From Candidatus Latescibacterota bacterium (lineage in GTDB: Bacteria; Latescibacterota; UBA2968; GCA-2709665): a DNA stretch of 64,000 bases. The notes under the pieces are model-generated. The model was not told the origin of the DNA. It did not search any database and worked only from the letters and a program-made list of their open reading frames with translations. Made by a program: the position numbers and the translations under genes. The stretch covers positions 5,152,001-5,216,000 of the forward strand of contig OZ244937.1 of NCBI GenBank assembly GCA_965222075.1. The letters run 5' to 3'. Within the stretch, counting starts at the first letter, position 1. Every line of letters begins with the position of its first letter. This document shows positions 30,640 to 39,657 of this stretch, one piece after another.

Positions 30640-32619
30640 ATGGCCGACGCTCAGACGGAAGACTTCCGAGATCGGACCCCTGGCGAACGCAGGACGGTGG
30701 GGGAGGGTGTGCGGGACGGCCTGACGGGTCGAGCATTCCTGATCGGGCTTGCGCTGTGCCTCTTTCTGGGAGTGGCGATCCCATACAACCGCATGATGGT
30801 CCAGGGCACCGCTCTGCAATTCTATTTCGTGGATCGAGGTGCCTTGTTCGTTTTTCTGTGTCTGATCCTGCTGGTGAACCCCCTCCTGAAGCGTACGCAC
30901 ACGCTGAAGCGGGGGGAACTCCTGTCCATCTTTTCGATGCTTCTGGTATCGATGCCCACCCTGTGGATGGTCAAGTGGCTGATCGCCTTCCTGACCGGCG
31001 CGACCTACTATGCTTCTCCGGAGCGGCGGGACTTAGAGGCAGTGCTGCCCCATATTCTGCCCTGGACGGCCCCTGAGGACGCCGAGGCCGTGCGGGGGTT
31101 CTACGAGGGGCTGCCGCAGGACGTTCCCATGCCCTGGCTGGCGTGGCTGGCCCCGCTGGCGAGTTGGGGGGCGTTTTTTATGGTGCTGTTCGGGGTGCTG
31201 ATCTGCCTGGCCGTGATTCTACGGAAGCAGTGGGAGGAGCACGAGCGGTTTGCGTTTCCGATTATGCAGGTGCCACTGGAGATGGCGGAGATGGGGGCGG
31301 GGCGGGTAGGACCGCTGTTCAGGAACCGGCTGATGTGGGCGGGATTTGCGATTCCGCTTCTTATCGGCACGATCAACGGGCTGAATCACTATTTTTATAT
31401 GCTGCCCAGAATCCAGATGGGGATGCAGCTGCGGATCTTTCAGGGGACGACGCCATTGCCCCTCAGGCTGCACTTTGCGATTCTGGGGTATTCGTACTTT
31501 GTGAACCTGGACGTAAGCCTGAGTATCTGGCTGTTCAACGTGATCTCCAAGGTCATCCGGGGGATGCTGGCTGTCCTGGGAGCGGAGTATACGGATGTGT
31601 CGGGGATGGTGGGTCGGTTCAGTTCCCGGGGTTCGGCATTTCTGGCGTTGACAGGGATGGGGTATATGCTGGTGCTGGCCGCCTACAGCGCCTGGACCGC
31701 CCGGGACCACCTGCGGGGGGTTTTCGCCAGGGCGCTGGGGAGGCCGTCGAATGCCGACGATTCCGGGGAGGTGATCTCCTACCGGGCGGCTGTTTTTGGG
31801 GCTGTGGGCGGGCTGGTGTATCTGGGATGCTGGCTCCACCAGGCGGGAACCTCGCCGCTGTTGATCTTGTTTCTGTTTTTTTCCTGTGTGGTGGTGTTTC
31901 TTGTACTGGCCCGGATTGTGAGCGAGACGGGGTTCGTGGCCACATATTCGCCGATCAACCCGGCGGAGTTTGTGGTGTGCGCGACGGGCTCGTCGGCGTT
32001 CAGCCCGGCCGGTCTGGTGACGCTCGGGTTTGGCTACGGCTGGACAATGACGCGGGTCAGCAATGTGATGCCCCGCGCTCTGGGGGCGCTGTGGCTGTCG
32101 AGAGAGATGGGACGCAAGCGGGGGTTGATCTGGGCGATGGGAGCGGCGATGGCGGTTGGACTGATCGCTGCAAGCGCGGTCACACTGGACCTGGGCTATG
32201 CACACGGCGGTCTGAACTTAGACCGGCACTTCCGTGATTATTCGCGCATCCCTTTCGACGCCTTTGTGGGAAAGCGGATGCTGGAGCCGAGTCCTATCTT
32301 CACCAGAGGGCTGCTTTATACCGGACTGGGGATGGGGGTTGCGGGCCTTTTGACGGCGCTTAGAATGCGTCTTACCTGGTGGCCGCTGCACCCGGTAGCG
32401 CTGCCGTTGAGTACGATTTGGTACACGGATACCTATTTTATCAGTGTGTTTTTGGCCTGGGGGATCAAGGCGATCGTGTTGAAGTTTGGGGGGGCGAATC
32501 TTTACCGCAGGACCCGGCCGTTTTTTGTCGGGATTATTCTGGGGGAGGCGACCTGCGCGGGTGTGTGGACCATGGTGGATTATTTTACCGGAACGATTGG
32601 GAACAGGATCTTTTGGTAA
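30640..32619 (+). CDS. DUF6785/DUF6784-like membrane protein (paralog 3)
   Basis: Same conserved motifs as the other paralogs. Confidence 0.8.
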   Translation: MADAQTEDFRDRTPGERRTVGEGVRDGLTGRAFLIGLALCLFLGVAIPYNRMMVQGTALQFYFVDRGALFVFLCLILLVNPLLKRTHTLKRGELLSIFSMLLVSMPTLWMVKWLIAFLTGATYYASPERRDLEAVLPHILPWTAPEDAEAVRGFYEGLPQDVPMPWLAWLAPLASWGAFFMVLFGVLICLAVILRKQWEEHERFAFPIMQVPLEMAEMGAGRVGPLFRNRLMWAGFAIPLLIGTINGLNHYFYMLPRIQMGMQLRIFQGTTPLPLRLHFAILGYSYFVNLDVSLSIWLFNVISKVIRGMLAVLGAEYTDVSGMVGRFSSRGSAFLALTGMGYMLVLAAYSAWTARDHLRGVFARALGRPSNADDSGEVISYRAAVFGAVGGLVYLGCWLHQAGTSPLLILFLFFSCVVVFLVLARIVSETGFVATYSPINPAEFVVCATGSSAFSPAGLVTLGFGYGWTMTRVSNVMPRALGALWLSREMGRKRGLIWAMGAAMAVGLIAASAVTLDLGYAHGGLNLDRHFRDYSRIPFDAFVGKRMLEPSPIFTRGLLYTGLGMGVAGLLTALRMRLTWWPLHPVALPLSTIWYTDTYFISVFLAWGIKAIVLKFGGANLYRRTRPFFVGIILGEATCAGVWTMVDYFTGTIGNRIFW

Positions 32620-32645
32620 GAGGCGATCAATGTAAAGGGGGAGGT

Positions 32646-34190
32646 ATGGATATTTTTGATATGAACTGCATGCTGGGGCCGACGCGTACCGACCGGGAGC
32701 CGTGCTTCCGGACGCCCGAGGCGTTGCTGGCCGAGATGGATCGGGTGGGGATCGCGGAGGCCCTGGTCTACGCGAGCCACGTGGCGATGGGACATCCGGC
32801 CGATGGGAACGCGTGGGTGGTGGAGGCCACGCGTTCCCACCCACGCCTGCACCCCTGCTGGGCGGTGCTGCCGCCGGGAACAGGGGAGCTGCCGGAGCCG
32901 GAGGAGCTGGTGGCGCAGATGCGCGCCCATGGGGTGCGGGCGGCCAGGATGTTTCCGGCCGTGCACGGTTTTCCGCTGCTGGAGCGAATTCTGCGGCCGC
33001 TGCTGGAGGCGCTCGCCGGGGCGGGGATTCCGCTGATTTTAGATCAGGGGCGCACGGGCTGGAGCCAGCTCACGGACTGGCAGGGGGTGTTCGCAATTGC
33101 AGAAGCGCACCCCGGACTGCCGCTGGTGCTGATACGGGAGGGGGGCACGACCGCGAGGGCCCTGTTCGGGGTATGGGACGCGTTTCCGAACCTCTATATC
33201 GAGGCGTCTTACATCCAGGAGTCGCGGATTGTGGAGGAGATTGCAGGGCGGTTCGGGCACGAACGGCTGCTGTTCGGGACGGGAATGCCGGTATACGACC
33301 CGGGAGGGCCGCTGGGGCTGCTGCAGGGGGCGCAAATTTCTCAGGGTCAGCGGGCGGATATGGCGGGCAACAGTCTGAGGCGGCTGCTTGGGCTGCCGGA
33401 GCGGGAGGCGGGCGAGGCGCCGGCGTGGCCCTGCGGTCCGCGCGGGTTTCGGGTGTTCGACGTGCACGGGCACCTGGGCCGGTTTCACTCGAAGTACCAC
33501 CGGGACTGGTCGGCCGAACAGATGGTGTCGCGGATGGACCAGGTGGGGGTGGGGCGATTAGCGGTGAGCGATTTTATGGCGATCGGGCCGGACTACCGGA
33601 AGGGGAACGACCGGATCGGGGCGGGCGTGGCGGCGTTCCCGGACCGGCTGGTAGGATACGTGGTCTACAATCCGAATTACGAATCGGAGATGGCCGACGA
33701 GATGGCGCGGGCGTTCGATGCGCTGGGCTGCCGGGGGATCAAGCTCCACTGCGCACTTCACGATACGTCCACGGAGGACCCGCGCTACCACTTAGCGTTT
33801 CAGACGGCGCAGGAGCAGGGTTGCCCGATGCTGTGCCACGTCTACCAGGGGCCGTCTCCCGCGTTTTTGATGGAGAGGCTGGAGGCGTTCCCCGATGCGA
33901 AGTTCATCTATGCCCACATCGGCGGAGGAGACCGGGAGGGACTGAAGCCGTTTGTCGAGGTGGCCCATGCGCGGCCCAATCTGTTTTTCGATCTGGGGTA
34001 CTCGAAAATGGCCCGGGGTACGCTGGCCTGGCTGGTCGAGCAGGTGCCGCCGACACAGATCCTCTACGGGTCGGACCATCCGGTGAACGGGTTCACCTTC
34101 CAGCTCGGGCGGGTGCTGAATGCGGACATTTCGGACGAGTTGAAGCGGATCATCCTTTGGGACAACGCGGCGAGGATATTCGGAGTGTAA
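32646..34190 (+). CDS. Tandem two-domain amidohydrolase family protein
   Basis: Domain 1 IFDMNC..LLFGTGMP; domain 2 FDVHGH..GIKLH..AHIGG..ILYGSDHP..ILWDNAARIF. Confidence 0.85.
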   Translation: MDIFDMNCMLGPTRTDREPCFRTPEALLAEMDRVGIAEALVYASHVAMGHPADGNAWVVEATRSHPRLHPCWAVLPPGTGELPEPEELVAQMRAHGVRAARMFPAVHGFPLLERILRPLLEALAGAGIPLILDQGRTGWSQLTDWQGVFAIAEAHPGLPLVLIREGGTTARALFGVWDAFPNLYIEASYIQESRIVEEIAGRFGHERLLFGTGMPVYDPGGPLGLLQGAQISQGQRADMAGNSLRRLLGLPEREAGEAPAWPCGPRGFRVFDVHGHLGRFHSKYHRDWSAEQMVSRMDQVGVGRLAVSDFMAIGPDYRKGNDRIGAGVAAFPDRLVGYVVYNPNYESEMADEMARAFDALGCRGIKLHCALHDTSTEDPRYHLAFQTAQEQGCPMLCHVYQGPSPAFLMERLEAFPDAKFIYAHIGGGDREGLKPFVEVAHARPNLFFDLGYSKMARGTLAWLVEQVPPTQILYGSDHPVNGFTFQLGRVLNADISDELKRIILWDNAARIFGV

Positions 34191-34245
34191 CGGTGGCTAT
34201 TTTGAGGAAACGCAGGACACATAAGACTTGAAAGCGAGGTTGACA

Positions 34246-35529
34246 ATGGCTGAGCAACTTGCGATTCTGGGGGGGGCAAAAGCGATTACGGTGGACGGCT
34301 CCGAGCAGTGGAAGCGGCCGGTGGAGGAGGAGAAGGCGGCGGTGTACGAGTTGATCGATGAGGGATTCCTTTCCGGTTCAGGAAGCGGAGTGCCGAAGGA
34401 GTTTGAGGACCGGTTCCGGGAGTATATCGGGTGCAAGTATGTGCTTACGACCAGCCACGGAAACACGGCGCTGGCAAGCGGGTTCTTCGCTGCCGGGCTG
34501 GGGCCGGGGGATGAGTTCATCGGGCCTACGATCGGGTACATCGGGAGCTACGCCGGCGCGCTTCACATGGGCGCGGTGCCGGTGTTTTGCGAGATCGACC
34601 CGGAGACGCTGCTGATGGACCCGGCGGATGCAGAGAAGCGGATTACGCCCAGGACCCGTGCCCTGGCGCCGATTCATACCGGCGGGCGGGTGTGCGATAT
34701 GGATGCTCTGCTGGCGCTGGCCGAAAAGCACGATCTGGTTGTGGTGGAGGATGCGGCGCATGCGCACGGCAGCGAATGGGATGGGGTCAAGATCGGCAAT
34801 GTGGGGCATATTGCGTGCTTCAGTATGCAGGGGACTACGCCCGGCGGAAAACCGGTGGCAGGTGGCGAGGCGGGCATTGTGGCTACGAATGACCGGGAGC
34901 TGTACGAACGGGCGCTGATCTATTGCCACCTGCACCGTCCCGGCGCGGTGGACGAACTGACAAACCCGGTTTACAGGCAACTGGACCGGCAGCTGCTCGG
35001 ATTGAAGCTTCGGGCGCACCCACTGGCGATGGCCCTGGGTCTGGTGTCTCTCAATTCCCTGCCCTATCGGCTGGCGTCTTTCGCCGCGAACCGGGATGCG
35101 CTTCTTGGGAAGATTGAGGGGCTGCCAGGCGTTAAGCCCGCGCGCAACTATCCAAAGGCCACGGGAGTAGAATTATACGGTGGAATACGGTTTTTGTACG
35201 ATTCGGAGGCACTGAGCGGACTGCCCGCAGCGAAGTTCGCTGAGGCGATGCGGGCGGAGGGCGCGCCGATCAAGGGCCCGGGCTTTAGCCATGTGGAGCA
35301 CCTGCGGGCGATCTATACGGAGGATCTGCCCGGCCTGTGGGGGAAGGGACATTCCGGTCCGGCAGATATTCCGCTGCCGCGCTACGCGGAGGGGGATTTC
35401 CCGGTTTCCGAAGGGCTGCGCGACAGGGTTTTGTCCTACCCCGGGCGTATCGAGGCAGCGGAGGGCTTTATCGACCAGCTGGCCGCGGCCTTCAAGAAGG
35501 TTGTGATTCAGCACGAGGAGCTGCTTTAG
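34246..35529 (+). CDS. DegT/DnrJ/EryC1/StrS PLP-dependent aminotransferase
   Basis: LAILGG, GAVPVF.EID, VVEDAAHAHG, FSMQ..K..GGEAG. Confidence 0.9.
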   Translation: MAEQLAILGGAKAITVDGSEQWKRPVEEEKAAVYELIDEGFLSGSGSGVPKEFEDRFREYIGCKYVLTTSHGNTALASGFFAAGLGPGDEFIGPTIGYIGSYAGALHMGAVPVFCEIDPETLLMDPADAEKRITPRTRALAPIHTGGRVCDMDALLALAEKHDLVVVEDAAHAHGSEWDGVKIGNVGHIACFSMQGTTPGGKPVAGGEAGIVATNDRELYERALIYCHLHRPGAVDELTNPVYRQLDRQLLGLKLRAHPLAMALGLVSLNSLPYRLASFAANRDALLGKIEGLPGVKPARNYPKATGVELYGGIRFLYDSEALSGLPAAKFAEAMRAEGAPIKGPGFSHVEHLRAIYTEDLPGLWGKGHSGPADIPLPRYAEGDFPVSEGLRDRVLSYPGRIEAAEGFIDQLAAAFKKVVIQHEELL

Positions 35530-35548
35530 CTGAAAGGGGTGGAGAGCG

Positions 35549-37330
35549 ATGATTACAAGCCCGGGGGCACCGATTCTGGTGCTGTGGGACAGCCAGACGC
35601 CGCACCGATTTTCCGGTTATATCACCGAGATCTTGCAGATTGAGGGGTATAACTGGTTCACGGTCCACGACCTGTCCCGTCAGGCCATTTCGACCGAACA
35701 GCTCGGGGCACACGCGATTGTTATACTGACCCATGTGGAGCCTTCCAGCGAGGTGCAGGAGCAGGTGCTGGCCTACGTGCGGCAGGGGGGCAACCTCATC
35801 GCCCTGCATCCGCCGGAGGCGCTGGCGGGCGCCCTGGGACTCATCCCGCACAGGCAGGAGATGGTGGACCGCTATGTTGCCTTCAACAAGGGCTGTGCTC
35901 TGAATGCGGGCGTTGAACCGTATACGGTTCAGTTTCATGGCCGGGCGAAGCTTTACCGGTGGGAAGGGTACGAGGCGCAGGTGCTGGCCACGTTTGCTGC
36001 TTTCCCGGATGTGGTGACGAAATATCCGGCCATTGCCGTGGGCAATTTCGGCCAGGGGCACTGGGCGGTGTTTTCCTACGACCTGGCAGAGAGCACCGTG
36101 CTTTTTCACCAGGGGCGGCGCGAACAGGCCAGCACCGGATCGTGTCCGGACCCCGACGGCGACCGGGGGTTCAAGCCAAACGACCTGTTTGTGGGGTATC
36201 TGGACGCCGCGCTCTGCCACCTTCCCCAGGCCGACCTCCACCAGGACGCCCTGGTGCGCATTCTGGAGTGGATGACCGGACTGCGCCAGCCCCTGCCCCG
36301 GCTGTGGTACTTTCCCAACGGGGCCGGAGCGGTGGCTTTTATCAATGGTGATGGGGACAATATGAAGCGGGAGGATCTTGAGAATGTTGTTGCCACTGCC
36401 GAGCGGTTCGGGGCGTTGTATACCGTCTATCTGATGATGGAGAACCACGAGACAGTGCCTCCGGAGTGGGAGGCGGAGCTGTGCGGGCGGGGACACGATT
36501 TTGGACAGCATGCTTTTGCGGGACGGCTGCCCACACTGGTGCAGATGCGCGAACAGCTGCGGAAGGAAATGGACGCGTTCCGGTCCCGGTACGGCCATGA
36601 GTCGGTTACATTCCGGGGGCACAATGTCATCTGGGCGGGGTGGATGGAGATGGCAAAGTACCTGCGCGAGAACGGAGTGCGGCTGGATACGAATTTCGCA
36701 GCGGGGCCCTATTTTCGCCAGGGGTATCTGAACGGAAGCGGGCTGCCGGTGAAGTTTATGGACGAGGAGGGCACGCTGCTGGACATCTACGAGCAGTGTA
36801 CGATGTCCACGGACGACGGGTGGCTTTCGGATAAAATGTTTCTTCCCGCGCTCAGTGTTGAGGCGTGCATCGCCCTGTCCGCTCAGCAGGCCGACGCTGC
36901 AATCGATCGGTTCCATACGGTGTACCATCCCTATTTTCATCCGACCCGCACGAGGCCCGGCCCATTGTCTGCCCAGAGGTGGCTGGAGGGGGCTCTAAGG
37001 CACTGCCGGGACAGGGGATTCACCTTTGTAAGCGGGGTGGACTGGGTGGCGTTCAACGACGGCCGGCGCGGGTTACGCCTGGCCGAGTACCGGTTCGACC
37101 CTGAGAGCACCGTGCTGGAGTTTGCACTTGAGGCGGAGGTGGCCGTGGAGGGTGTTACGCTCTCGCTTCCCTATACGTGTCGGGGGCGCGCAACAGGGGG
37201 AGCCGAGGTGGACGGAGAGGCAGTGGACGTGAATGCGGAGGAACTGGAGGGGCGGATGCAGGTGCTGTTGCCGGCCGATTACGGGGCGGGACAGGTGCGC
37301 CGTTGGCGGGTATGGTGGGGCGGCGCTTAG
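35549..37330 (+). CDS. Hypothetical protein with NodB/polysaccharide-deacetylase-like C-terminal domain
   Basis: DLHQD.L, PRLWYFP, NGDGD, GHDFGQH, RGH..W.GW, YFHP; paralog of 50168-51988. Confidence 0.6.
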   Translation: MITSPGAPILVLWDSQTPHRFSGYITEILQIEGYNWFTVHDLSRQAISTEQLGAHAIVILTHVEPSSEVQEQVLAYVRQGGNLIALHPPEALAGALGLIPHRQEMVDRYVAFNKGCALNAGVEPYTVQFHGRAKLYRWEGYEAQVLATFAAFPDVVTKYPAIAVGNFGQGHWAVFSYDLAESTVLFHQGRREQASTGSCPDPDGDRGFKPNDLFVGYLDAALCHLPQADLHQDALVRILEWMTGLRQPLPRLWYFPNGAGAVAFINGDGDNMKREDLENVVATAERFGALYTVYLMMENHETVPPEWEAELCGRGHDFGQHAFAGRLPTLVQMREQLRKEMDAFRSRYGHESVTFRGHNVIWAGWMEMAKYLRENGVRLDTNFAAGPYFRQGYLNGSGLPVKFMDEEGTLLDIYEQCTMSTDDGWLSDKMFLPALSVEACIALSAQQADAAIDRFHTVYHPYFHPTRTRPGPLSAQRWLEGALRHCRDRGFTFVSGVDWVAFNDGRRGLRLAEYRFDPESTVLEFALEAEVAVEGVTLSLPYTCRGRATGGAEVDGEAVDVNAEELEGRMQVLLPADYGAGQVRRWRVWWGGA

Positions 37331-37466
37331 CGGAGGACAGGATGCAATTGGATTCATGCGACGTGGCGCTGGTGGGGCTCGACTATCCTATCCATACCAC
37401 GATGGCTGGCATGAAAGTCCCGGCCAAGATAACCGCAAAACGTAACGCACCGATGTTTTTACCTGG

Positions 37467-38213
37467 CTATATTTCCCTTAGCTCAGGCCATTTAATTTTT
37501 TTCCGGATTGACGGATCGTGAAGTATCAATCCCCCTTGTGCAGCAATCTGTTCAAGGGTTAAATCGGTCAAGAGCGGTGCAATGTGCTGTATCAAATCGC
37601 CGTGTATGGATTCAAAGTCACCCATTGCCCCATGGTCTATTGAAACTTTCTTTGAAACCCCAAGTTCGTCATGCATCTGTTTGAGTTTCTCGGCAGTTTC
37701 TGGTGATAAGCTGAATGTCACCTGATCATGAGAAATATTACGATGAATCACTATCCACGGGGCTTCAGATCGCCACCTGGGAGGCTCCTGCGACTCGAAT
37801 AAGCGAATCGCTCGTTCTGCGAGGGCCCTATACTCTCTTACCTCCTGTCCCCGTAAGCCGTAAGTGATTCCAAATTTGACGGCGATATCTCGATCAGGTT
37901 TGGCGATGGGGGTATCTATATCTTTAACATCGCGTTCCATTTGGTCGAGGAATTCCTGGATGCGCTCTTTGTCGAGACCTTCCCTGCCAATGATATCGAC
38001 AAAGCTGAGAACTGCATTGCCTCCCGGCACTAAATCCACAGATTCCGCGATGAGTTTTCCTGGATTCTGATAGGTGATCCGATCAACGATACTTTTATCT
38101 TTTTTCAAATCTTCGGGAAGGTCATGCTCTTCGTGCTGGTGAAGGAAAGCATTGATACCGACCTCGGCTCTCTCGCCTTTTATTCGTCGAACCCTGTGAG
38201 CGGTGAGATACAT
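37467..38213 (-). CDS. Hypothetical protein, AT-richer than neighbours
   Basis: About 250-aa ORF with no recognised motif. Confidence 0.6.
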   Translation of the reverse strand: MYLTAHRVRRIKGERAEVGINAFLHQHEEHDLPEDLKKDKSIVDRITYQNPGKLIAESVDLVPGGNAVLSFVDIIGREGLDKERIQEFLDQMERDVKDIDTPIAKPDRDIAVKFGITYGLRGQEVREYRALAERAIRLFESQEPPRWRSEAPWIVIHRNISHDQVTFSLSPETAEKLKQMHDELGVSKKVSIDHGAMGDFESIHGDLIQHIAPLLTDLTLEQIAAQGGLILHDPSIRKKIKWPELREI

Positions 38214-38495
38214 CCTCAAAAAATCTGATCGAATTTTTTCGGGGGCCTCGTATCTGTGCTATAAAGGCGCGTTCCGCAAACTCCATGGCCTTATTGTGAG
38301 AATCGCTAACACTCATTTTTCCTGAACCTCAGCAAGGGGATGTCCAAACTCAACTACGATTACATAAGCTGGTAGTGACCCGTCAGATCGGTTGGTCTGT
38401 TTTAGCTTCTGCCTTATTCTTGCCTTCACGTCCCGGTGTGTCAAGAGGCGTGCAGGCAGGCAACACAGCGAGTGAATAAAATCTCAATTCACTTT

Positions 38496-39182
38496 TCACC
38501 ATCGCCACCCGCGCCGGCCCCGGTCATTTTCCCGGTCTTCGGGTGTCTCGCCAATCACAATATCAAAATTTGCCGTCAATTCACCAATCTCAGATCCGGG
38601 CAATGGCTTAAACGGTGCTGACAGCAAATCGTGAGAAGCGCGACCAGAATTCCGAAATATAAAATCTCGCTCATTATCCGGATTGTCTTTCACGTACAAC
38701 TGCGTGGTCAAAAGCCGATGCCCATTTTTGTTGATCGCAAAATGAATGTGTGCGGTTCGCGAACCCGCGTACCGCACGGGCTTAATCGTCCGAAAACGGT
38801 ATTCACCCGTAGATCCCGTTTCAAAACGCCCAAAACCCTGAAAGTTTTCGTCTCGCCTGTTCCGCCGTGGGGCCTCAGTATGAATGTAAACGCCATTGCT
38901 ATCGACCTGCCAGATCTCCACCAGGGCATTTTTTGCGGGATTGCCAGTCACATCCATAACACGCCCGGTCAAGTGTGTGATTTCTCCCACGGCTGGCGTA
39001 ATCGCATCGTTGATTATCACGAGGTCGTTATCGACATCCAGCGGCATCTTGTCTGGATAAAACGGACCCCCGGTCTGCCGGGGCGTTCGTATCAGTTGTT
39101 CGGCAAAAGCCCCTGGTGTCACAAAAGCCGCAGCACCCAATGTGGCGGCTTGATAGAGAAAGCGTCGGCGATTTACATGCAT
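38496..39182 (-). CDS. Intradiol ring-cleavage dioxygenase (protocatechuate 3,4-dioxygenase-like) with Tat-like leader
   Basis: NRRRFL leader; GPFYP, VEIWQ.D.NG.Y, FRTIKP..Y..R.AHIHF (Tyr/Tyr/His/His iron ligands). Confidence 0.88.
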   Translation of the reverse strand: MHVNRRRFLYQAATLGAAAFVTPGAFAEQLIRTPRQTGGPFYPDKMPLDVDNDLVIINDAITPAVGEITHLTGRVMDVTGNPAKNALVEIWQVDSNGVYIHTEAPRRNRRDENFQGFGRFETGSTGEYRFRTIKPVRYAGSRTAHIHFAINKNGHRLLTTQLYVKDNPDNERDFIFRNSGRASHDLLSAPFKPLPGSEIGELTANFDIVIGETPEDRENDRGRRGWRW

Positions 39183-39390
39183 CACGGCCTCCTATGCATA
39201 AGATTTTCTGTCGAGCACTGATCCTTAGACCACGCGATACGCCAGAATGTCCCCACACATCATCGCCCATCCCATACCGGGTCGTCATCCACTATTCCGA
39301 CCTACGGCTATCGCTGGTTGGAAACGCTTGAGCGCAATGCCGGCAATTGATTGTTCGCGGTGGTGGTCTGACCCGGGAGGTCAACCCTCG

Positions 39391-39417
39391 CCTGCCTGTC
39401 CGAGGGACGCAGGCAGG
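39391..39417. repeat. Intergenic copy of the CCTGCCT-hairpin-GCAGGCAGG mini-element
   Basis: CCTGCCT-GTCC-GAG-GGAC-GC-AGGCAGG. Confidence 0.65.
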
Positions 39418-39600
39418 CGGCAAGGCAGGGGCAGGTAGTGAGATATAGTATTCCTCAAGGCCCAAGATCCTGGCTTCCATCGCCTGTTGATCTGTCAGGT
39501 CATCGGGCGTGAGCGCCTACCTGGAATGAGGTGTATAACATACCCCTATTTCTCTTTCTGCACAACTTCGATGTGTATTTGCGAAATTGACCACCAGGCA

Positions 39601-39640
39601 CAAAAAGCGGGGAGCGGCCACAGCCACCTCCCCGCTTTTG
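39601..39640 (-). terminator. Rho-independent terminator after the TonB-dependent receptor gene
   Basis: aaaagcggggag...ctccccgctttt inverted repeat with A/T tails, just past the stop codon. Confidence 0.75.
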
Positions 39641-39657
39641 CCTGCTTTGCGGCATGC

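Noticed and set aside
31143-34231. Long alternative-frame ORFs overlapping the membrane and amidohydrolase genes
   Set aside because: Gly/Ala/Arg-rich off-frame translations typical of GC-rich codon usage
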